Source of the DNA: Candidatus Iainarchaeum sp.
GTDB lineage: Archaea; B1Sed10-29; WALL01; JAGHAM01
Assembly (NCBI GenBank): GCA_021161465.1
Contig: JAGHAM010000023.1
Span: 8,895-72,894 of the forward strand
Direction of reading: 5' to 3'
Length of the DNA: 64,000 nt
Below the pieces are notes generated by a model. The model made no database searches. It saw nothing but the letters and a program-made list of their open reading frames with translations, and was not told the DNA's origin. Position numbers and translations under genes: made by a program. Shown piece after piece: positions 19,276 to 29,600 of this stretch; the stretch's first letter is position 1; each line of letters starts with the position of its first letter.

Positions 19276-19950
19276 ATGCAACTAAAAAAGAAACGCCTTG
19301 GGAATAAAGGCTTGGGTATGTGGGTGATGTCCAAGACAGTACTTTTCATCTTTCTTTTGCTGCTTGTAGCGGTACTAAGTGGCTTCTTAAACATTTACCA
19401 GAAAAAAGTTATTGAAGACAGCGCGCGCAGTGTGATAATGCTCTGGGCTGAGTCCGCCAACTCCGTCGCGCAATTCCCTTCAGGAAGCGCTATCTGGCCA
19501 CTGCAACAACAGGTTATTATAAAGAGCGCCGGAAGAAAAGTCTCGGTAGCCAAGGATTACACAACTGGTATAGTTGCTCTGGATAGCCCAGATGGAAAGC
19601 GATTGGTGTTTATGCTTGCATGGGGGGACCATAATGAAACTAAAATTGAGGATATTCCTGAATACGCGACTGCTGTTTCCACCGGCCTGCCGCTGGACAT
19701 AACTAATGTATATTTCTTCAATGGTTCAACCACCCCTGGAGATCCACCAACATATCTGCAATATGCTGGGAATCCTAAAGAGGAAATTATAGTTAGACCA
19801 TCAATAGGTGGCACAAGGGATGCATATATAGTATTTTATAGGAATCAAACAACATTCTGCATTGGAACCATAAAGCAAACTGAAACTGACTTAAAAACAG
19901 CTGTTGGGAACATAGCAACATGCTGTAATGCTCCATCATCATGTCCATGA
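19276..19950 (+). CDS. pilin-like protein with charged N-region and hydrophobic helix
   Basis: MQLKKKRLGNKGLGMWVMSKTVLFIFLLLLVAVLSGF. AGGTGG SD-like motif upstream. Alternative start at ATG 19318. Confidence 0.5.
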   Translation: MQLKKKRLGNKGLGMWVMSKTVLFIFLLLLVAVLSGFLNIYQKKVIEDSARSVIMLWAESANSVAQFPSGSAIWPLQQQVIIKSAGRKVSVAKDYTTGIVALDSPDGKRLVFMLAWGDHNETKIEDIPEYATAVSTGLPLDITNVYFFNGSTTPGDPPTYLQYAGNPKEEIIVRPSIGGTRDAYIVFYRNQTTFCIGTIKQTETDLKTAVGNIATCCNAPSSCP

Positions 19951-19959
19951 GGTAGAGAT

Positions 19960-20475
19960 ATGAGAAAAGGATATATTGGTCCATTGGGGGATGATTTCCC
20001 TGCACTGCTACCAATAGCACTAGGGCTGCTGATGTTCTTCAGTGCCATATCGCTTGCTTATGCAATCCATGACGCAAAAAGTACAACTGTAAATCTTATG
20101 AGAGCTAATGTAATGATTTCAAGGTCAATCAGAGAAGATGTGCATTTCACAAGAGAATACTGGACTGGTGAAGCCTGCTCAAAAATGAATAATACTGCAG
20201 TGAATTATGGTGTTAAGGTTGCAATGAGGATAGTGATGAGTAATTATACCTATTACAGTACCACAGGTTCCAGTTCAATAGAGATTCCATCAAACAAAAC
20301 CGAAGATTCCGTCATGCTTGTCAACTCGAGCGGAGGAAGTAGGGCTGTCTGCCCGTTAGGTGCCCAGTGGGAGGATTACGTACCAGCAAGTGGCTTAGCT
20401 ATGAGCTACCCTGTAGTTGTTGATTCACAAGGACAGATATTACCAGCAACGTTGGTGGTGGTAACATGGCAGTAA
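19960..20475 (+). CDS. pilin-like protein (class III-like signal)
   Basis: MRKGYIGPLGDDFPALLPIALGLLMFFSAISLAYAI. GAGGT SD upstream. Confidence 0.45.
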   Translation: MRKGYIGPLGDDFPALLPIALGLLMFFSAISLAYAIHDAKSTTVNLMRANVMISRSIREDVHFTREYWTGEACSKMNNTAVNYGVKVAMRIVMSNYTYYSTTGSSSIEIPSNKTEDSVMLVNSSGGSRAVCPLGAQWEDYVPASGLAMSYPVVVDSQGQILPATLVVVTWQ

Positions 20476-21029
20476 AGGCACAGGCCGTAATCATTGATGC
20501 GTTCCTCCTGTTCATACTTTGCTCTTTTGCTGCAACTTTCCTTCTCTGGGCATCAAGTGTCTATGGGAACAAATCGCTAAGGGCCTACACTTACTTATAT
20601 GAGGGAGAATATGAAACAAGCCTGATAAATGTTCTCTCTGAGATGAAATACAACGTTAGCGATGTGCCAAGACATTGGATAGATGAAGTTGGGTATTATA
20701 TGAATGGAGAATTTGATGAAAGCAGCGATAGATACACCAACATGACAAAGTATTGGGATATCATATGCCTTCAGGCCCCTGTCCCATTGCAGCTTGAAGT
20801 CGTTACCAATACCAAAAATCCAAGTCATTCGAAAATGATTTTCAATTGTTCCCTTGACCCAACCAGGCTAGATAGGGAAAGAATAAACGAAAGTGTACAG
20901 GATTACATGACAAGAGATTGCAACCCTCCTGGAATTTGTAGACCTCCGCCGCCTTATTACTCCTCTGGGTCTGAAACTCGGTTATGCGGCGACCTAGTTT
21001 GCAAGATGGAGGCAAAGATTTATTATTAA
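20466..21029 (+). CDS. pilin-like protein (class III-like signal)
   Basis: MAVKAQAVIIDAFLLFILCSFAATFLLWASSVYG. GGTGGTGG SD upstream. Overlaps the previous gene by 10 nt. Confidence 0.45.
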   Translation: MAVKAQAVIIDAFLLFILCSFAATFLLWASSVYGNKSLRAYTYLYEGEYETSLINVLSEMKYNVSDVPRHWIDEVGYYMNGEFDESSDRYTNMTKYWDIICLQAPVPLQLEVVTNTKNPSHSKMIFNCSLDPTRLDRERINESVQDYMTRDCNPPGICRPPPPYYSSGSETRLCGDLVCKMEAKIYY

Positions 21030-21049
21030 GTTAAGTGTGAGAGAATACA

Positions 21050-21490
21050 ATGCTAATAGAGTCCTATTTAACTGCACTGCTCCTTTGTACTTCCTATGGA
21101 AAGCCAGCTTGTATGGGTGTCCTATCATTCATAACCTCCCTAATTGTTTTCGCGTTTGTAGCGCTAACCACACTATTTTTCAGGAGAAAAAACAAAGAAG
21201 CAAACTGGTTTGCTAAACTTATGTTAACGATAGTCTATTTCACTATAGTATGGATAGCCATATGCATATATTATGGAACAAGCCCCATGGAAGGTTTATC
21301 AATACCATTGAAATATGGATTTGGTGTGTTCTTTTTATTCGTCCTGCCGTTCTCATGGGTGTATAAAAAGCTGATGAACAAGTATCCTATGCTCCCATGG
21401 CATTTCGTCCAGTACCTATGTTGCCTGGTTGCCAGCCTAATCTTTTGGGCTGCCGTAATTTTCTACTTTGGTATCTTCTCACTCGTATGA
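21050..21490 (+). CDS. hypothetical 4-TM membrane protein within the pilus cluster
   Basis: 146 aa with four hydrophobic helices. No D..GGD-type prepilin peptidase motif recognised. Confidence 0.4.
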   Translation: MLIESYLTALLLCTSYGKPACMGVLSFITSLIVFAFVALTTLFFRRKNKEANWFAKLMLTIVYFTIVWIAICIYYGTSPMEGLSIPLKYGFGVFFLFVLPFSWVYKKLMNKYPMLPWHFVQYLCCLVASLIFWAAVIFYFGIFSLV

Positions 21491-21523
21491 AAGCTTAAAA
21501 AGGATTAGCGAGTAAGGTGATTT

Positions 21524-23590
21524 ATGCACAGAGGATTCAGTGTTTTCACACCAATGGTTGGAGTTATAGTAATCACTATAACTATCCTTCTGGTCGCTGC
21601 AATTCTTCAAGATGAAAGAGTGGTTACTGCTGGCACTCTGCAAACATATCAGAACATACGAATCGCCAATATAATGAGGGATGTACAGGGTAGAGTGTCG
21701 GAAAGTATAAGGATAAGTATGTTTGAGAATTGGGTTGAACAAACTACAGCCGAGATAAAAACAGACAACTGTTTTAATGACTCCCTGGCAAATAATTATG
21801 ACAGTGGTCTGAAGGAATGCAAAGCTAGTCTACTTAATGAAACTAAGAATGACATCAAAACCATTATGAAGGATGCCCTAAAAGGAAGTGTCATATCAGA
21901 TACTATCGATAGGATGAGCTATGATTATAAGGACGCCAAGATAACAGGCATATCCATCTCAGATATCAACAATGTAGTAGGGGAAACCAAATTCGTAGAT
22001 TGTGAATCCCCTGAGGACTGCAATGATGGTAGAATCAAAGTCACTATAAATTTTTCAAAGTTAGAAGGCAAACCAGTTGCAACCATAGAAACCAACACAA
22101 GCACAATAAATGTCTACATGCCACCAGGGGAGTCAACATTCATAACAGACGATCCAGTAGGCATCTATGCTATAAAAATAGGGGAATTCTTTGGAAATTT
22201 CACGCTAATGGACAAAACATGGCATGGTGCGGGCAACAGCATAACTAGGACCATAGGACCAAGTGATAGATGCGATTATAATGGAGAGGACACACCATAT
22301 GGTGCAATACCTCTAGATAAAAATAATGAGTGTAGAGGTTACGGGAACGGCAGCCAGTGGTACCACTACAAATATGTGTTCCAAAGAAGAGAACCGCAGA
22401 ACTTAACAGAAGATGGGGGTAGTGGTTATGTCACCACTGGATGGAAGAGTGGGTTTAACTTCTCTGATAACGGGAACCGACCAATTAGGTTGAGTGAGAA
22501 AATCTATGAGCTTGTAAAGGGGTGGTTGGACACACATATCACAATTAGTATGAGTGGTTGGGAAAACTGCCTTGACCTGTTCAGCAAAGCACACCTTAGA
22601 GAGGTCAGCTACAATATATGTGGTGATTTTGATTGTCTTGAGAACTATTTCATCTCAGGTTATATAAGAGGGAAGAAGCTTGCCTACAATGAGAGTGGAT
22701 ACGGTTATCCGGGGTACGCAGCAAACCTCAAGCTAAACCAGTTAGTATACAGAAAGGGAGACCCAACTGCCCTTGCTAGTGAACAATATGCGTTGCCTGG
22801 CGGGCATGCTCATAAAGATACACCTAGCGAGTACATCAACATCAGAGGTAAGAAAAACGCCTTAATCGATGACCCTAGTTACCAAAGCATAATCTCGCAA
22901 GAACCTGACAACACAATCTTAGAAAATACCACCAACTATTTTGATGAAAGATTCTTTAAGGATAACTCATATTCTGATGGGCCACTCGAAGACTTGGTTG
23001 GGAAAATAAAAGAATCTTCCAGAGATTATGCTTCCTCTATGGGGTTCTATTCAGAGGAACCAAGATATAATTTAACCGTTGAAAGCTGGCAATATTATGT
23101 CCACAAGGATATCTCTGGTGGTGATAACTGGTATTGCGGTGAGTTTGTAGGATGGTATATACCTAGCTTTGCTGGAGGTTCTTATACTGCGACTGAAGCA
23201 CTTGATAAGTTCGGTGATCACGCAATGTTCTTCTCATTGCCCATGAATTTCACCTGCAATACATACACCTTAGTGGCGGTTAAGGAGGATTATAAGTTAC
23301 TCAGGAACACAGAGGCACATCCAGATGATATAAACAAAACAGTTTTCCATGCAGTCTTAGAACGGGTGAAAACAGATTATTCAGAAGGCACGAGTGAGGT
23401 GGCACTATGGAAAGGTAGTGGTATCACCGAATTCGATAGAAGGTGGCTCAGACCAACAATAAAAGACATCTCAGATATGCAATCAGATATGCCCTCAGAA
23501 AAACTAAGCATAAGGCACTGCATATACTCATATAAGGAAGGGACTGGAGGGAACGAAGAGTGTTACTGGATAGGGCAGAAACCAATATGA
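21524..23590 (+). CDS. large pilin-like/pilus-associated protein (688 aa) with class III-like signal
   Basis: MHRGFSVFTPMVGVIVITITILLVAAIL has an RG|F cleavage context. AGGTGA SD upstream. Large extracellular domain with many N-x-S/T sequons. Candidate tip adhesin or minor pilin. Confidence 0.5.
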   Translation: MHRGFSVFTPMVGVIVITITILLVAAILQDERVVTAGTLQTYQNIRIANIMRDVQGRVSESIRISMFENWVEQTTAEIKTDNCFNDSLANNYDSGLKECKASLLNETKNDIKTIMKDALKGSVISDTIDRMSYDYKDAKITGISISDINNVVGETKFVDCESPEDCNDGRIKVTINFSKLEGKPVATIETNTSTINVYMPPGESTFITDDPVGIYAIKIGEFFGNFTLMDKTWHGAGNSITRTIGPSDRCDYNGEDTPYGAIPLDKNNECRGYGNGSQWYHYKYVFQRREPQNLTEDGGSGYVTTGWKSGFNFSDNGNRPIRLSEKIYELVKGWLDTHITISMSGWENCLDLFSKAHLREVSYNICGDFDCLENYFISGYIRGKKLAYNESGYGYPGYAANLKLNQLVYRKGDPTALASEQYALPGGHAHKDTPSEYINIRGKKNALIDDPSYQSIISQEPDNTILENTTNYFDERFFKDNSYSDGPLEDLVGKIKESSRDYASSMGFYSEEPRYNLTVESWQYYVHKDISGGDNWYCGEFVGWYIPSFAGGSYTATEALDKFGDHAMFFSLPMNFTCNTYTLVAVKEDYKLLRNTEAHPDDINKTVFHAVLERVKTDYSEGTSEVALWKGSGITEFDRRWLRPTIKDISDMQSDMPSEKLSIRHCIYSYKEGTGGNEECYWIGQKPI

Positions 23591-23635
23591 TGCAAAAATA
23601 TATATATTCATACCTTATAACTAACTATAGAGGGG

Positions 23636-26600
23636 TTGCAAATGGGAATTGACGAGATATACGCTAAAATTGAAGATAAATATTACGCTTTTTTGGATTA
23701 CCTACAAAAGAGAGGCATCCCCGTGTATTCAGTCATCGATCCGATAGAGCACGCTGGAATACCCTCTCTGCCGCTTCTGGTTGGCTTGCTCATACTAATC
23801 CTTGGGCTAGCGTATTATACAACGGCGGGCCCAGTGGGTGAGGATGTTACGCTGACTATAACCTCAAATGGTGTTGCTGTCACTGACGCCCAAGTAAAGG
23901 CACTGCTTGATGGAACTACAATCAAATCGGTGGTAAGCAGGAATGGGGAAGCCATCCTAAGTGGATTGCCACCAAACAAAAATATCACTATAACAATTGA
24001 TAAACCTGGTTGCGCGTTGTGGTCCAAGACTATAACACCATCGGAAATTAATGACCTTAACCCCCAGCTGCAGTGTGAAAGTGCCATATACTCCTGCCTG
24101 GACATATCAAGCGACATGGTGACGGCATATGTACAGGATAAAGACAGCATCCCCCCAACTTCATGCGAAGTTAGAGTACACCCACGTAGCAACCCATCCA
24201 CATCTATAGCTGTTGGTTGGAAAGTTGAAAACGGGGTGCTTCACATAGAAGACCCCTCACAAGACAACTGCCCAAGTAAGGATGATTATGTCGCTATACT
24301 GTGTGACAATGGAGATTACAACAATACCATATCTGGACTGCTATCTGACATAAAACTTAAGGGAAGCATAACACTCACAACAACTCAACCACCAGAAAAG
24401 CCAAATGCAACCGAACTTCCCAAGATACATATACATGTACAATCAGACACTGGACACCCTCTTGATGGTATAATAGTAAAAGCTGTCGATGCACAATGCA
24501 ATGACAGAGCATCAGACTTTGCAAACGCCGTGCTCCAGGCAGCCACCGGACCAAATGGTGATGCCACATTGCAGATACCTAATGGGCAAGATTTTTATCT
24601 AGCTGCATCCGACAAGAGTGGAGTTTACAATGAGTATTGCAACTCTGACGATAAGTACACGTCAAGCCTTGATATGGAGGCCAAAAATATTACAATAGTT
24701 ATGAGAGTGGGCTCAGGAACAAAAATAGAAGTTAGAGAATCTGGAACGCAAGAGCCCATCCCGGGCGCGCTCGTCACAGTGAAAGACGAGACCGGCAGAA
24801 GTGTGGGAACACCAATACTTACTGATTCCTCTGGAGAAGCAAACTTTGTCCTCTATACTGGCAAGAGCTACACCGTTGAAGTGAGGCACAGAGCTTATGA
24901 GCTCATAAAAGACACAGTAACTGGGGGAGAAGACGCCTACATATACATGGACCCCGTTGACATAACCCAAACAGGAAATCTTGAATTGACAACGGTAAAG
25001 GCGTACGGCACAAAGGACAGGCTCGGTGGGGTAACAGTCCAGCTGGTGCGGAATGATACAGTTTATGCCGAGATTAAGACAGACCGCTCGGGTTATTACC
25101 TATTAACCAATGTAGTTGCTGGCGACTACCAGACTAAAGTTCTGCCACCGGGGGGAGTCAACTATCAGAGCGGCCCAGACGTGACAATAGCGCCACAAAA
25201 TACCACCAAGACAACCATAGAAGTCAAACCAGAGAAGGTAACCCTAAGTGTCATAACCTATGTTGAAATGGGCGGTAAGAAACTCAGAAAGCAGAACGTA
25301 AAGGTTGAAATGTGGGACGCACGTTACGATGAAAAAATCGAAGAAAAGACATCAGGCATAGAGAGAAAAGTGGATTTCACTGTTGATAAATGCTCTGAGG
25401 TTTACTTCGTGCTTAGCTACGCTGAAAATGAAGGTCCCTATGCTGGCAAAAAGTATGGGCCCCTGACCAGTGACCCTGAAACTTACTGTGGGTCAAGAGA
25501 GATAAAAGATTTAGTGTTGAAAGAAAAGCCAGACCAGACTACAGTTAGTTTAACAGTAACTACACCCCAGGGTGATGAAGTAGACCAGCTGATTCCTGGT
25601 AACCATTACAATGCATTGCTTGAGGTAGCACTCCCAGAATACACAAAGAAGAACACCTACAATCAGGTTGATGTTGAGATGTTCGTTGGTGAGACTGGAA
25701 GCCTGCTCAACACAGAAAGGACTCCTGTGATTATAGGCACCGTCGGCCTGCAGGACCTAGCAACACAGGACCCTTATATATCAGACGTCTTCAAATCTGA
25801 TGACTACAGCTTCGGCCAGCAGCCAAGCAGAGAGGAAACAGGACCTAGCAAGTACATTAAGATAACTATAACCAAATACACTCCGGGTACATATGTAGCC
25901 AGAATCCCCTTGTATGTAAGGAAGTTAGCTGATTACGAAACCACTAAGATAAGTTACAAGGCAACGTGGGTCCCCCCAAAAGGGAACAGTATATGCTCTG
26001 AGGAAGGATGCCTCTGGACACGCAATAGTTACCAGATAGTTCCAGAAGGCACACCACAGCTTTACGGCCTTGACTCCGGAGCGTTTTACGCTTACAAAGC
26101 ATGGCTCACTGCAAGCAAAAATGGCTCACCAATAACAATAGACACACCTATAACACAAGACGCTTACTTCTACCTGCACATCAATGCAACTGCAAGAAGC
26201 GACATAACAAGTTGGGGAGTTAAATTTGAAACCATACCAGAGATAGCAGAGCCCATTGCCTATGAAGGAACGATATACAGGGCTAGTGGAGCAACAACAG
26301 AGATAACATCAACAGGATTAACTGGTTATACGATAACAAATGACAAGGATATCTATGCACTACACAGCGATGACCAGCTTTTGTTGACTGTCACTATGAA
26401 AGCAGTTTCGCCTGGCAGATGCTCTCTGGTACCATTCAATGACCTTGCACACTCGCTAAGCTTTAAGGTATCAGAGGTTCCACTACTCAAAAAAGAAACC
26501 CTAATTGCTGGTGTAACCGCAACCCTACAGGCCAAAAGCTTGTTTGAGAAAGGGCAGGATTACGCTAAGGACCTCTGGGCTAGTTATGACGTAGAGAATG

Positions 26601-29600
26601 AAACCCTGCCAACCAACTACAAGAAATTCAAGCTGATATTCCAATTCGGCAACACAGCGGGAGAGACTATAAATGCAAAACTTGTCCTGGATGCAAAGGA
26701 CAAGAGCCTATCATTTACCAATGTAACAGTAGATGGTGAATCCAACCCGGGAACAGGCACATACATACAAACTACTGAATTCGAAGTGCCATCAAGTGGT
26801 GCTGAAGTTGTGATAGAAGGAGAGGGAACAACCCAATCAACAAGCAACATGGACATATACTTCTGGGAACAAGACACACCAAGGCCAGACACACCATGGG
26901 CAACCATAAGCTATGGTAAAATTGATTACTCTGCTAGCATTAAAGCGTACGAGAAAGGAGCTGTATTAAAAGGCGTCTCCGAGAATGCAGACGAGGTCAG
27001 AGTCTGGGTTTACAAGAGCGTTGATGATTCTGTATCCAGTATCGGAGGAGGTATTATCGAAGGGGACCATGTCAAGATAGCTTACGACAACAACTCAGTG
27101 ATTGAATGGGCGTCTTTAGAGCCATCTGGACCCTACTTTAAGTACGTAGTCCCTGAAGATAAACCAATCAGGGGAAAACTAACAGCAATCATCACGAGCT
27201 CGAAATTTGGCGAGATTGATGAAACACTAAGCTCGTCTTACGTCAGCTTTACACCGAAAAGCACAAACATAAAAGATTTCCTGAACATGAACTTGGTCTC
27301 TAACGAGGAGAAGACAAAAGATATAATAGTAGCCAGCCACTACAACGAGCCTCTTGATATGACCATAGGAAACATCCAAAAAGACGGATGGAAATTCTCA
27401 CTCGAAACAACTATATACTCACTAAAGCCGGGAACAGCAACAGTGTTCATGAAGAGAGAAACCCAGAAAGGGAGTGGCAAGGTAACCATACCTGCCAAAG
27501 GGAAGGCAGTAATTAAAGTTACCGCAAGCCCTGTTGACGTGAAGTGCAGGTACAACGAAACGGCCTTGCTCCAACTTGATGTGGAGAACGTCAGGAAGCC
27601 TTATGTGTATTCCTTTGCCTTAAACTGTACCAATGGCACTTCCGGCGTAAGTTATACTACTGCAGTACCGACAGACCATATAGTCAGGCTAGACATAGAC
27701 CCATCAACTGTCACGCGCTTTGATTGCTTTAACAATAGTGCTGAGAGTGGATTGGACACAGCGTACCTTTGCGACGCTGAGCAGTTTGGGGTGTCTCTGC
27801 TTGATGCAGCCTGGGCACTTTACACAGACGATTACTCTGTTGAACACTCTTATTTCTATTCACTTGGAAAAGATGAGTTAGGTCAGGAGGGGCTATCACA
27901 AATTCTCAGTAGGTATGGGGACAAATTTGAGATAAGCCATGTATACAACAGTGAGGACTCTGCCAAAGCTACAAAAACTACAGACATAGTCCTAGATGGA
28001 AAAGCTGGTTGTGGCATCAATAAGGTAGTCCTAACTAAGATAAACCATGATGAAGACATCAGGATAACTATAACAACTAACAGCAGTGTTCCATGGTGTG
28101 GTAGAGCAGCCCACGCCTATTTGATAGGCCTGCTAAACTACGACCAGAACTTAAGGCCTACCCTCGGAAAATACTACTCGTTCGATACAAGCATGGAGGG
28201 TGAAAATGTAATAGATGCAATACAGTACGCTAAGAAACAGGGCAACTCCATATCGAACACAATGTTATTCAGCTATGGTTCTGCCGGTGAAAGTTATTCT
28301 GCCCAAACCATAGTCAATGCAAGAGCTGGTGGGAGACCGCAGAGTTACATAAAATACAAAGACTGCGAAATCATGTCCGGCACTGATTGCCCAATATTTG
28401 CGATTAACTTCTTTACAACCCTGAAAGAACCAATAATAGGTTACTTTGATATAGACAACAAGGACGACATACATGTTGGTTTGGTATACGACAGGAGCGA
28501 GATTACCACTGAAGGTGCGGGGAACCAGCTGGACACCTACCGGGCATTATTCATAACCCGGCTCTTGGATTATGCTGTTTCTGGGAATATGGGCCAGGGC
28601 ATATGGATTGGCTCCAACAACAGCCAGATGATTTACATCCCAACGAAAGACACAAGCCAAAATATTGTTGACTTAAGCCCTGTTACGCAAAGAGTTTTGG
28701 TTTATGGTAAGAATTACTATGATGTGGAAAATGAGGAAATTACAGGTAACAGGAGCGTCCACGTGCACATAGACATAGATGACGAACCGCGCTATTGTGT
28801 CGTTGGCAACCTCAAACCAGATGGAACTATAACTGATTCGCAGGAAGAAACACCCGTATTCCAACCAAACAGCAAAGACTGGCCATATGGTATTGATGTA
28901 TTTGACTGGACATTACTACCTGGCAATGGAAGAAAACGGGTTGTAGCTTACTGTATGGATAAGAATGGTGTCACTTCCAGGATAAGTGTGGGTGAGATTC
29001 TACTTGACACTACAGGTATGCTAGTGTTCAGGGGCGAGCAATATCCAAATACACTCAGCATGTACAAACCAATGATAACTAAAGACCTGTTTTATCACTT
29101 TATCGTGATGAATAAATATGGAGAAACTACCAAATGCTGGATGGAATACAAGGATAAAGAGTATATGACAGAAGGGGAGATTAGCTTAGGTACTGCACCG
29201 GAGGATAAAAACATATGCAACAACGGTCAGAACGACAACAGTCCAATTCCTGGAGTCTCAGATAACTGGCAGATAGATGATGGCTGCTGCTATCCTGTAG
29301 GTGGAAATTCAGGAAATGTTGAGGGCAGCGGAACAGAAAAAACATACTTCTTCAATATGCAGGAATTCACCTGCAACAGCCCGATAGTTGAAACGGAAAA
29401 CGAGGAGATTCCTGTAGAGATATGGTGCATGAACAGCTTAGGGCAAAAGAAAAAATTAATTGATGTTAACTTATACAGGCAAAGCACCGACGCACCAATG
29501 TTTGTTCTACCGGGGGACTTTACATTCTCTGTAAATGGAACCTACGAAAACGGTGTTATGACCAGCAACTATGGAGGTCAAGGGTTATACTTTGACAGGA

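Noticed and set aside
21050-21490. 146-aa 4-TM protein as the missing prepilin peptidase
   Set aside because: It is too short (PibD/FlaK-type peptidases are about 230-260 aa). It also lacks the two conserved Asp motifs (D... and GGD-like) in the cytoplasmic loops.
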